IMG/VR virus record: IMGVR_UViG_3300043446_004500
Span: 32,001 to 96,000 of that record
DNA: 64,000 bases
Strand: one strand, 5' to 3'
DNA from: a virus
The position numbers were made by a program, and so were the translations under genes. Below, in pieces: positions 37,675 to 45,921 of this stretch. Each line of letters opens with the position of its first letter. Position 1 is the stretch's first letter. The notes beneath the pieces are model-generated. The model worked only from the letters and a program-made list of their open reading frames with translations. It was not told the origin of the DNA and searched no databases.

Positions 37675-38495
37675 TTGGGTTTAATGCATTAGGTAGAATG
37701 GGACGTTTGGCAAATCAAATGTTCCAGTATGCTTCACTTAAAGGAATTGCAAAAAATATAGGAACAGATTTTTGCATACCAAATCATTCTCAAGCAATTG
37801 ATGATGGTATTGGAAACAAACTAAGGACAGAACTTTTTGATTCTTTTGATTTGAGAGTTAACGTTGGTCTTTTAAATAATGGGCACGCTCCTACAGTTCA
37901 GGAAAGGTATTTTCATTTTGATGAAGAACTCTTTAAAATGTGTCCTGATCATGTAAATCTCCAAGGTTATTTTCAAACAGAAAAATACTTCAAACATATT
38001 GAATCTGAAATTCGTGAGGATTTTACTTTTAAGGATGAAATTCTGAAACCTTGTAAAGAAATGATTTCTTCTGTTGAAAATCCAATAGCACTTCATGTGA
38101 GGAGAACTGATTATATTGTAAATAGTGATAATCATTTTAATCTGCCATTAGAATATTATGAGGCAGCACTAAATTATTTTGATAATGATCGCAACGTGAT
38201 TATTTTTTCTGATGATCCTGAATGGTGTAAGTCTCAAAAATTATTCTCAGATGATAGATTTATGGTTTCTGAAAATACAGACAACAGAGTTGATCTCTGT
38301 TTAATGTCTCTTTGTAATGACTTTATTATTGCAAATTCGTCTTATTCTTGGTGGGCTGCTTGGTTGTCCTCTAATAAGAATAAAAAGGTTATTGTACCTT
38401 TCCAGTGGTTTGGTAAAACTGGATATACAAAAGATCACGATACCAAAGATTTGATTCCCAATGAATGGACAAGAATTACTGATGGACAAGAATAA
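37671..38495 (+). CDS. GT11 alpha-1,2-fucosyltransferase (second copy)
   Basis: GRLANQMFQYA, HVRRTDY, ANSSYSWW. Confidence 0.9.
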   Translation: MIGFNALGRMGRLANQMFQYASLKGIAKNIGTDFCIPNHSQAIDDGIGNKLRTELFDSFDLRVNVGLLNNGHAPTVQERYFHFDEELFKMCPDHVNLQGYFQTEKYFKHIESEIREDFTFKDEILKPCKEMISSVENPIALHVRRTDYIVNSDNHFNLPLEYYEAALNYFDNDRNVIIFSDDPEWCKSQKLFSDDRFMVSENTDNRVDLCLMSLCNDFIIANSSYSWWAAWLSSNKNKKVIVPFQWFGKTGYTKDHDTKDLIPNEWTRITDGQE

Positions 38496-39279
38496 GTCCT
38501 TATATAAACTCAAAGGAATTCCTCATATTTACTGGTTAAATTTAGATGCAGATACTCATCGTCGTGAGTATATGGAGTCGCAGTTTAAATACTGGGAAAT
38601 AGAAAATCATACTCGTATTTCTGGGTATGATGGAAGAGAAGATGATGTATCAAGTTATCTTAGGGGAAGAATTCCTGATAATGTCACTCAAAATGAGTTG
38701 GGATGTTGTATGTCTCATCTTAAGGCAATCAAACATTTTTATGAAAATAGTGCAGATGATTATTGTTTGATTCTTGAAGATGATGTGAATTTTGATATTG
38801 TAAAATATTGGAACTTTACTTGGACTGATTTTTTTGCCGAAGTTCCTTATGATTGGGACTGTGTACAGTTAACTACAATTTGCACTGGAGATATTCATGT
38901 TAAGTTGCATTTAAAATTTATTAATGATTTCTCTGCAGCAATCTATCTGATTACAAGACATCATGCATCTAAGATTATCAAGAACCACATTCGTGGTGAC
39001 AAATATAAACTTGATAATGGTGTGAAACCTAGGGCAGTTTCTGAAGATGTCATTTTAGAAACTGGGAAGACATATACAATCCCACTATTTTTGTATAATC
39101 TTCAAATGGGATCCGCAATTCATCCAGAACACATTGATATATTTCATAAAGCACCTCATGATGCATTGCTAAATTATTGGCAACAAATGGGTGCTCAGAT
39201 TAATATTAAGGAACATATGGATTATGATCCTTATCTTGGTCGGATAACCGAAAATTCATCCGCACAAAAACAAGCTTGA
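38482..39279 (+). CDS. GT25-like glycosyltransferase
   Basis: YWLNLD, GCCMSH, LILEDD; ATG at 38482 preferred. Confidence 0.82.
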   Translation: MDKNKSLYKLKGIPHIYWLNLDADTHRREYMESQFKYWEIENHTRISGYDGREDDVSSYLRGRIPDNVTQNELGCCMSHLKAIKHFYENSADDYCLILEDDVNFDIVKYWNFTWTDFFAEVPYDWDCVQLTTICTGDIHVKLHLKFINDFSAAIYLITRHHASKIIKNHIRGDKYKLDNGVKPRAVSEDVILETGKTYTIPLFLYNLQMGSAIHPEHIDIFHKAPHDALLNYWQQMGAQINIKEHMDYDPYLGRITENSSAQKQA

Positions 39280-39378
39280 CACAATCCTAAAAAAATTGTA
39301 AGATAAATACCGTGATGTGACGATGCCGCAATTAATTGCAAAGTTGCATAATGTCCTATAGAACAAAAACAAATTTTT

Positions 39379-40887
39379 ATGAAACTCAAACAACTGATGC
39401 TTGCACCTGTTGCTCTGGGAATGGTTGCTCCTGTTGCTGCAAGTGCGGCAGACCTTAATATTGCAGCAATCAACCAGTACTCTACTGAACAGGTCACAAG
39501 TATCAATCAACTGTCTGATGTAAAATCTACTGACTGGGCATATCAAGCACTCAGCAACCTTGTAGAGCGTTATGGTTGTGTTGCTGGTTATCCTAACGGC
39601 ACCTATGGTGGTGGTCAAGCAATGACTCGTTATGAAGCAGCAGCTCTTCTGAATGCTTGTCTCGATCGTGTAACTGAAGTTACCGACGAACTGAAGCGTC
39701 TTCAAACCGAATTTGCTGCTGAACTTGCTGTAATCCGTGGTCGTGTAGACAAACTGGAAGCACAAGTCGGCACTCTTGAGGCAACTCAATTCTCCACGAC
39801 TACCAAACTTCGTGGTGAAGCATCCTTCGTTCTTGGTGGTGTTGATAATGCCTGGACCCCTGGTACTTCCAAGAATCCTGCTAGTACGAATGTTGGTAAC
39901 ACCGCATTCAACTATGACCTCCGTATCAACCTTGATACTTCGTTCACTGGTAAAGACCTGCTTCGTACTCGTCTGCGTTCTGGTAACTTCTCTTCCCAAC
40001 CGTTTGGTTCCAGTTCTTCACTCTTTAAACTGGATAAAGCAGAGAACACTGCTGATGCAGTCAAAATTGATCGCCTGTATTACAGTTTCCCTGCCCTTAC
40101 AAAAGGTCTGACTCTGACTGCGGGTGCTCTGGTTCGTAACACCGAAATTGCGTGGGTTCCTTCCGCATACAAATCGGATGTTCTGGACTTCTTCCAACTT
40201 GCTGGTGCTCCTGGTGTCTATAACAAGGCAACTGGTTCTGGTTTTGGTATTCAGTATGTTCAACCTAATAAGAAGGGTGGATTCGTTGCTGGTGTCAACT
40301 ATGTTGCACAAAGCGGTTCTGACTCTACCAAAGGTGAGTTTAATGAAAAGGGTGCTCTGAACACTCTTGCTCAGTTTGGTTATCGTGCTCCTAACTATGG
40401 TATTGCCTTTGGTTATCGTTATGGTACAGAAGGCACCCGTGTTCGCACTTTCAATGGACTTGCTGGTGCTTCTGGTGCCCTTGCTCCTGGTCAGACCTCT
40501 AATGGTTATGCTCTGAGTGCTTACTGGCAACCTTCCAAGTCAGGTATCATTCCTTCGGTGAGTGGTGGTTATGGTTGGAACACTGTAAGTCGCAATGCCC
40601 TTAATCAGGAAACTCCTGCTGGTGCTACTAATTCGCAAACTTGGTATGCTGGTCTCCAGTGGTCTGATGTGCTTGCAAAGGGCAACTCCGCTGGTTTTGC
40701 TGTTGGTCAACCTGGCAATGCAGAAGGACTTGATAAGGATGCAACTATGTGGGAAGCATTCTACAAGTATCGTGTAAGTGATAATATCACCATCACACCT
40801 GCTGTGTTTTATGTTTCTAACAATCAGGCACTTGCTGATACTTCCTCCAACTTTGGTGGAATTATTCAGACAACCTTTAGGTTCTGA
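39379..40887 (+). CDS. Cyanobacterial-type outer-membrane porin with SLH domain (Som/OprB-like)
   Basis: Signal peptide; DWAYQALSNLVERYGCVAGYP; QFSTTTKLRG; C-terminal TTFRF. Confidence 0.93.
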   Translation: MKLKQLMLAPVALGMVAPVAASAADLNIAAINQYSTEQVTSINQLSDVKSTDWAYQALSNLVERYGCVAGYPNGTYGGGQAMTRYEAAALLNACLDRVTEVTDELKRLQTEFAAELAVIRGRVDKLEAQVGTLEATQFSTTTKLRGEASFVLGGVDNAWTPGTSKNPASTNVGNTAFNYDLRINLDTSFTGKDLLRTRLRSGNFSSQPFGSSSSLFKLDKAENTADAVKIDRLYYSFPALTKGLTLTAGALVRNTEIAWVPSAYKSDVLDFFQLAGAPGVYNKATGSGFGIQYVQPNKKGGFVAGVNYVAQSGSDSTKGEFNEKGALNTLAQFGYRAPNYGIAFGYRYGTEGTRVRTFNGLAGASGALAPGQTSNGYALSAYWQPSKSGIIPSVSGGYGWNTVSRNALNQETPAGATNSQTWYAGLQWSDVLAKGNSAGFAVGQPGNAEGLDKDATMWEAFYKYRVSDNITITPAVFYVSNNQALADTSSNFGGIIQTTFRF

Positions 40888-40931
40888 TAAATATGGGGAG
40901 AAGTTTTTCTCCCTTTTTTACAAATAAAACA

Positions 40932-41231
40932 ATGAAAAAGATACTTTCTACTATTGCTTTAGTTTTTATTCCATCCATTGCTTATGCAGGTCCTACCCTG
41001 ACATATGGAATTAAACAAGGTGGAAGTCAAATTGCTTGCATTCAAAAAGCAGAATCTAAACTAGCACAAATTTCTGCTACCAATATTTCAAAAAATAATT
41101 CAATAAACATTTTTGGAGAATATCCAAAAACAACCATTGGGATTATGTGTAGAAATAATGGTGAAGTTCTTGTAACAGTTGCAGGAGAAGATGCATATCT
41201 TTTTAGAGATGAAATTCTAAATGCATTTTGA
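40932..41231 (+). CDS. Secreted hypothetical protein
   Basis: MKKILSTIALVFIPSIAYA signal peptide. Confidence 0.65.
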   Translation: MKKILSTIALVFIPSIAYAGPTLTYGIKQGGSQIACIQKAESKLAQISATNISKNNSINIFGEYPKTTIGIMCRNNGEVLVTVAGEDAYLFRDEILNAF

Positions 41232-41295
41232 TAAGGTACTCATAGGTTGAGTTGAACCACTCCAACAGAGTGGTTCTTTTTTATGAAATCAAAAC

Positions 41296-41323
41296 CTTAA
41301 CCAAATCTTAGTGGACTTTAAGG
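41296..41323 (+). promoter_or_regulatory. Putative cyanobacterial Pho box
   Basis: CTTAACC / CTTAGTG / TTTAAGG at 11- and 10-nt periods upstream of pstS. Confidence 0.5.
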
Positions 41324-41364
41324 TTGTTTTCCAGTATTATTACTTACGAAGTTATTCACTTTTT

Positions 41365-42327
41365 ATGAAACTCAAAAACTTTATTGCTGTTGGTCTGGTT
41401 GCTGCTCCTGCTGCTGCTGTTGCTGGACCTGCTCTGAATGGTGCTGGTGCCACCTTTCCTGCACCGATTTACCAACGTTGGTTCCAAGATTATGCACGAA
41501 CTTCTGGGAGTAGGATTAATTATCAGTCCGTTGGTTCTGGTGCTGGTGTTCGTCAATTCGTTGCGGGCACAGTTGACTTCGGAGCAAGTGACGAACCCAT
41601 CAAACCCGCAGAAGCAGCAAAAGTGAAACGTGGTGTCGTTCAAATCCCGATGGTCGGTGGAACGATTGCTGTTGCTTACAATAAACCTGGATGCTCTCTG
41701 AAACTGACACAGAAGCAAACTGTTGATATTTTTGCTGGACGTACTAAAGATTGGAAAGCACTTGGATGTGCTTCTGGTCCTATTCGGGTTGTGCATCGTG
41801 CTGATGCTTCTGGAACCACCTTTGCCTTCACTAACTCTCTGGAAGCATTTGGTGGTTGGACTTATGGTGTTGCCAAGTCTGTGAACTGGCCCATTGGTGT
41901 TGCCTCTAAGGGTAATGAAGGTGTTGCTGGTACAATCAAGAACACTCCTGGATCTATTGGTTATGTAACGACTGGATTTGTTCGTTCTAACAAACTCCAA
42001 GCAGCAGCAATTCAAAACAAGGCAGGTAAGTTTATTCTTCCGACTGCTTCTTCTGGTTCTGCTGCTCTGAACAGTATTACTCTTGATAGTAATCTTGCTG
42101 GTGAAAATCCAAATCCTGCAAATGTAGGTGCTTATCCTATCTCCACTCTGACTTGGATCCTTGCCTATAAGACAGGTAATGGTGAGAAGGTAGATGATAT
42201 TCGTGCTGCCATTAAGTATGCTCTGAGCACTCCAGCACAGAGTATTGCTGATGATCTGGGTTATGTCCCTTTGAGTGGTTCTGTTCTCAACAAGGCACGT
42301 ATTGCTACTGACCGTATCGGTAAGTGA
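41365..42327 (+). CDS. pstS: Phosphate ABC transporter substrate-binding protein
   Basis: GAGATFP, YQSVGSGAG, DFGASD, RADASGTT; ATG at 41365. Confidence 0.96.
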   Translation: MKLKNFIAVGLVAAPAAAVAGPALNGAGATFPAPIYQRWFQDYARTSGSRINYQSVGSGAGVRQFVAGTVDFGASDEPIKPAEAAKVKRGVVQIPMVGGTIAVAYNKPGCSLKLTQKQTVDIFAGRTKDWKALGCASGPIRVVHRADASGTTFAFTNSLEAFGGWTYGVAKSVNWPIGVASKGNEGVAGTIKNTPGSIGYVTTGFVRSNKLQAAAIQNKAGKFILPTASSGSAALNSITLDSNLAGENPNPANVGAYPISTLTWILAYKTGNGEKVDDIRAAIKYALSTPAQSIADDLGYVPLSGSVLNKARIATDRIGK

Positions 42328-42340
42328 CGAAACTCTGACA

Positions 42341-42388
42341 GTCAGGACGGGAAACCGTCTTGACTTTTCTTAACATTTCCTATATACT
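42341..42388 (+). promoter_or_regulatory. Terminator hairpin plus sigma70-type promoter of the hli cluster
   Basis: GTCAGGACGG-GAAA-CCGTCTTGAC; TTGACT - 17 nt - TATACT. Confidence 0.7.
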
Positions 42389-42413
42389 ATTGTTGTAAAT
42401 CGTTACAAAAGAC

Positions 42414-42608
42414 ATGACTGTTACTTCTAATGAGTACGGACAACAAAATATGTGGGCGAAAGAACCCGTAATGTACTATGAAAACTACGGAATGCTGACC
42501 CCCAACCAAGTCAAGGAGAGGACTAATGGACGCTGGGCGATGATGGGATTTGTTGCTGGTGTTATTTCTTATGCTATCACTGGCAACTTCTTCTTCGGTA
42601 TCTTCTGA
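42414..42608 (+). CDS. hli: High-light-inducible protein
   Basis: ERTNGRWAMMGF chlorophyll-binding motif. Confidence 0.93.
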   Translation: MTVTSNEYGQQNMWAKEPVMYYENYGMLTPNQVKERTNGRWAMMGFVAGVISYAITGNFFFGIF

Positions 42609-42694
42609 TGACTGAAGCAATCTTTACCGTCACTAGTGTTGCATTTTTAGTTCTTCTGAGTTATTCTGTAGAGAAACTTTGTGAAACTTACTGA
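42608..42694 (+). CDS. 28-aa membrane microprotein
   Basis: MTEAIFTVTSVAFLVLLSYSVEKLCETY; TGATG coupling on both sides. Confidence 0.55.
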   Translation: MTEAIFTVTSVAFLVLLSYSVEKLCETY

Positions 42695-42969
42695 TGAGTA
42701 TTAATGTTAATGAGCAAATTGAAAATGCTCTTGAAAAACTTAAATGGGAAAAAAGTGATGAAATCGTAGTTGAAATTGGTGGAGTAGCAGTAACAGGAAC
42801 TGCTACTTCTCCTACTTCAAATCCAAAATGGTCTAAACCTTTTGGTACAGTTTCATATCAAAATGATTCTTTTATTATTATTAAAAACAAATCTAGGAAT
42901 CCTGTGATTCCATCTCAACCAAATCCTGAACTTAAACAACAACATTCTTATCAAGGAGAAAACAAATGA
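42694..42969 (+). CDS. Hypothetical protein
   Basis: NPKWSKPFG motif; coupled ORF. Confidence 0.7.
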   Translation: MSINVNEQIENALEKLKWEKSDEIVVEIGGVAVTGTATSPTSNPKWSKPFGTVSYQNDSFIIIKNKSRNPVIPSQPNPELKQQHSYQGENK

Positions 42970-43085
42970 ACAAAATTTTTACGGATGCTGCTGAAAAACT
43001 GAACGGTCGCGCTGCGATGATTGGATTTGTTGCTGCTGCTGGTTCTTATCTGATTACCGGTCAGATCATTCCCGGTGTCTTCTGA
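42966..43085 (+). CDS. hli: High-light-inducible protein (39 aa)
   Basis: AEKLNGRAAMIGF...TGQIIPGVF; manual translation. Confidence 0.92.
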   Translation: MNKIFTDAAEKLNGRAAMIGFVAAAGSYLITGQIIPGVF

Positions 43086-43101
43086 TTAATAGATTATAAT
43101 T

Positions 43102-43677
43102 ATGTTTAATATTTTTAAGAAAAAGGAAGAGAAAACTGTGGAGGTTAAAATGCGTAGTGAAGGTTATCAAATTCCTCATGTTGAATTTGTGTTCCGTGAG
43201 TCTGGTGAGTTTGTAAATCATACTTCTGCTGAACTTTTTCACGGAAAACGTGTAGTTATTTTCTCTCTTCCTGGTGCATTTACTCCTACCTGTAGTGCTT
43301 ATCAACTTCCTGGATTTGAGGAAAAGTATAATGAATTCAAAGCACTTGGTATTGAAGAAATCTATTGTATCTCAGTGAATGATGGTTTTGTTATGAATGC
43401 CTGGGCACAAGATCAAAACATTCAAAACGTAAAACTGATTCCTGATGGAAATGCACACTTCACCCGTAGTATGGGTATGCTCGTTAATAAATCAAACTTT
43501 GGGTTCGGTGAGCGCAGTTGGCGTTACTCTGCTGTGGTAGACAACGGGATTATTGAAAAGATCTTTGTTGAAGAAGGTCAACGTGATAATGCTGATACGG
43601 ATCCTTACGAAGCAACAAAACCAGAATCAGTTCTGGATTATGTAAAATCTACAATTTTAGAAAAAGAACTGGTGTGA
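43102..43677 (+). CDS. Peroxiredoxin (type II/Prx5); start may be 43150
   Basis: FSLPGAFTPTCS, SVNDGFVMNAW, RSWRY. Confidence 0.92.
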   Translation: MFNIFKKKEEKTVEVKMRSEGYQIPHVEFVFRESGEFVNHTSAELFHGKRVVIFSLPGAFTPTCSAYQLPGFEEKYNEFKALGIEEIYCISVNDGFVMNAWAQDQNIQNVKLIPDGNAHFTRSMGMLVNKSNFGFGERSWRYSAVVDNGIIEKIFVEEGQRDNADTDPYEATKPESVLDYVKSTILEKELV

Positions 43678-43737
43678 TTTAAAGGAGGGGTAAAACTCTC
43701 CTTTTTTAATAAATACATTTGCTCATGCAAAAGAGAA

Positions 43738-44439
43738 ATGCAAATAGATCTTCATAACTTTTTTAGATATTATGATGAAAAGAATCCCAAACACGTTGCG
43801 GCAGTAGAGCAACTTGAAAAGGATTTGCTCTTGAAAGCACAAGGTCTGATGCAAGATGATGCAAATTGGGTAAGAATCTATAGAACAAAACCAGAAGCAC
43901 CAAAATCAAATATTCTTGCGGTTCCATTTTACCCACAAACAGACAACTACAGGGATGCAAATAGAACCTGCAATTCTTCTTCCTGTGCAATGTGCCTTGA
44001 GTATTTTAAACCAGGAACTTTAAAAGGAGCAAAAGGCGATGATGCCTATGTTCAAAAAGTTTTTGCAATTGGTGACTCAACTGATCACTTGGTTCAAACC
44101 CGTGTGCTGGCGTCTTATGATGTTCAGTCATCTTTTAGTTACAGCCTCTCTTTTGATGATCTTGATAATGAGTTATCCAACAATAGACCTGTTGTCATTG
44201 GTATTTTACATAGGGGTCCTATATCTGCTCCTACTGGTGGGCACATGATTGTAGTTATTGGCAAAACTCCAGCAGGAGATTATGTTGTAAATGATCCTTA
44301 TGGTTCTTTAAATGATGGATATACTGGTGCGGTAATTAATGGTAAAGGTGTAATATACAAGAAATCTGAACTAGTTCGTAGATGGACTCCAGATGGTCCT
44401 AAATCTGGTTGGGGAAGAATTTTCCGAACAAAAAAGTAG
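43738..44439 (+). CDS. C39-like cysteine peptidase, putative lysin (zero-frame product)
   Basis: Q...TCNSSSCAM, GGHMIVVIG, VNDPYG; AATAAATA late promoter at 43708. Confidence 0.8.
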   Translation: MQIDLHNFFRYYDEKNPKHVAAVEQLEKDLLLKAQGLMQDDANWVRIYRTKPEAPKSNILAVPFYPQTDNYRDANRTCNSSSCAMCLEYFKPGTLKGAKGDDAYVQKVFAIGDSTDHLVQTRVLASYDVQSSFSYSLSFDDLDNELSNNRPVVIGILHRGPISAPTGGHMIVVIGKTPAGDYVVNDPYGSLNDGYTGAVINGKGVIYKKSELVRRWTPDGPKSGWGRIFRTKK

Positions 44440-44502
44440 AATCAACATTGCAAGGCAGTATCCCTCAATGTGGTGTTGATTTAATCAAACAATTTGAGGG
44501 AT
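44430..44502 (+). promoter_or_regulatory. Programmed -1 ribosomal frameshift signal (A_AAA_AAG plus H-type pseudoknot)
   Basis: Slippery heptamer 44430-44436 in frame just before TAG; stem1 44440-44452/44469-44481; stem2 44460-44468/44494-44502. Confidence 0.8.
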
Positions 44503-44918
44503 GTCACTTGAATGCTTATCCTGATCCTTTAACTGGAGGATTGCCTATTACAATAGGGTGGGGAAGCACTAAAGATTTTGATGGATCTTTCTTTAAGATG
44601 GGAAGAAAAATAACACAACAGTATGCAGATAAACTGTTAATTTATAGTTTAAAAGTAAGATTTATTCCTTTATTAGAAAAAATACCTTATTGGAATGAAA
44701 TGAATGAAAATCAACAAGGAGCACTTATTTCTTTTGCTTATAATCTTGGTGCTAGTTTTTACGGGTCTCCCAATTTTAATAGTATAAGTAAAGTTCTTAA
44801 ATATAAGCAATGGAATAAAGTTCCTGATACTTTGTATCTTTATAGGAATCCTGGAAGTAAAGTTGAAGAAGGATTGATGAAAAGAAGAAAAACTGAGGGA
44901 CAACTTTGGATGAATTAA
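44436..44918 (+). CDS. GH24 lysozyme domain, probably translated as a -1 frameshift extension of the peptidase
   Basis: LIKQFEG...AYPDP...TIGWGST; QQGALISFAYNLG; GLMKRRKTE; no ATG before the catalytic Glu. Confidence 0.88.
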   Translation, partial: VESTLQGSIPQCGVDLIKQFEGCHLNAYPDPLTGGLPITIGWGSTKDFDGSFFKMGRKITQQYADKLLIYSLKVRFIPLLEKIPYWNEMNENQQGALISFAYNLGASFYGSPNFNSISKVLKYKQWNKVPDTLYLYRNPGSKVEEGLMKRRKTEGQLWMN

Positions 44919-44949
44919 TCAATAGTCCAATGATGGATATATTTTTTAT

Positions 44950-45288
44950 TTACATATAAGGATGAGCAATACCTTCATTCAACATTTTTTGATTTACTGT
45001 AATTGAATCGCCTACACAATAAAGAGTACCAAGTATTCTTCCATACTTATCTTCTTTAAATGTTTCTACAATCCACTCTCCTTCACGGGAGAGTTCTTTT
45101 TTTAGATATTCTTTTGCTTGTAGACCTTTTTCTTTCTCTTCTGCATTTAAGGTTCTTGTTTCCGAAGCATTGATACCTTTTAGACGAACTCTTTGCTTAA
45201 TTGTAAGACTAAACCCCAGATCAATATCAAGATCAACGGTGTCTCCATCAATCACTCTGTTGATCTTTTTTATTTTGTACTGATACAT
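44950..45288 (-). CDS. Thermonuclease (SNase) family protein
   Basis: RVIDGDT, RVRLKGI, DKYGRILG. Confidence 0.85.
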   Translation of the reverse strand: MYQYKIKKINRVIDGDTVDLDIDLGFSLTIKQRVRLKGINASETRTLNAEEKEKGLQAKEYLKKELSREGEWIVETFKEDKYGRILGTLYCVGDSITVNQKMLNEGIAHPYM

Positions 45289-45384
45289 TTTCTTGATTTG
45301 CAGTGAGTAGAATTTTATAAATTGCCCAAGCAGTTCCTAATAATCCAATTCCAAGTAAAATATTTACACTCCAGACTACATCGG

Positions 45385-45576
45385 TCATCTTTCCTCTTGT
45401 TTATGGATCCAAGTCTTTAATTCACTTACATATACTCTCAGCATTTCTGCTTTTTCTAGATGCCACAAATCACCACTCTTGAAATACTCTTGAGTGTGAT
45501 TATCTATTGCTTTAAGGATATTATGAATAGGTGCGTTCCAAGGTTCCCTTTTGGGAGTATTCCATTCTCGTGGCAA
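45385..45576 (-). CDS. Hypothetical protein
   Basis: REWNTPKREPWN; start codon uncertain. Confidence 0.6.
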   Translation of the reverse strand: MPREWNTPKREPWNAPIHNILKAIDNHTQEYFKSGDLWHLEKAEMLRVYVSELKTWIHKQEER

Positions 45577-45585
45577 GGTGACACC

Positions 45586-45687
45586 TCACTTTTTCTTGCC
45601 ACCATTTTTTGCTTTCTTCGCAGTCGCATTACCTTGATTTTGTTTTGAAGGTCCCTTCTTACCCTTCTTGTTAGGCGACTTAGACAT
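45586..45687 (-). CDS. 33-aa Lys-rich peptide
   Basis: MSKSPNKKGKKG...NGGKKK; minus-strand CTAAATA upstream. Confidence 0.5.
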   Translation of the reverse strand: MSKSPNKKGKKGPSKQNQGNATAKKAKNGGKKK

Positions 45688-45722
45688 TAGTAGTCCTTAT
45701 GATACAAGAGTATTTAGAGGGG

Positions 45723-45756
45723 TTGACAGGTCCATGAAGAACTGTTATAATAAATA
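45723..45756 (+). promoter_or_regulatory. psbA promoter: consensus sigma70 overlapping a late promoter
   Basis: TTGACA - 17 nt - TATAAT, overlapping AATAAATA. Confidence 0.8.
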
Positions 45757-45796
45757 CATCAACAAGTTAAGAAATGTAACAAGTTCTTAATGTTGC

Positions 45797-45873
45797 CCTC
45801 TACCTAACCGAGACCTATGGGGAGGTTAAACACAGTCTCTCATATCCACACTGGAGGGTGCTGTGGAACATAA
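45797..45873 (+). ncRNA. PhotoRC-II-like RNA motif in the psbA 5' UTR
   Basis: ACCGAGAC...AGTCTCTCATATCC...GGAGGG...GGAA, recalled as typical of cyanophage psbA leaders. Confidence 0.6.
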
Positions 45874-45921
45874 CAATAATCGTTCGTCCCCCCGAACTCT
45901 TATCTAACTCTCTTAACAAAA

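Noticed and set aside
39256-39999. Long antisense ORFs over the porin (also 41356..42015 over pstS and those over psbA and nrdA)
   Set aside because: Shadow ORFs from biased codon usage of the sense genes; no motifs or ribosome-binding sites
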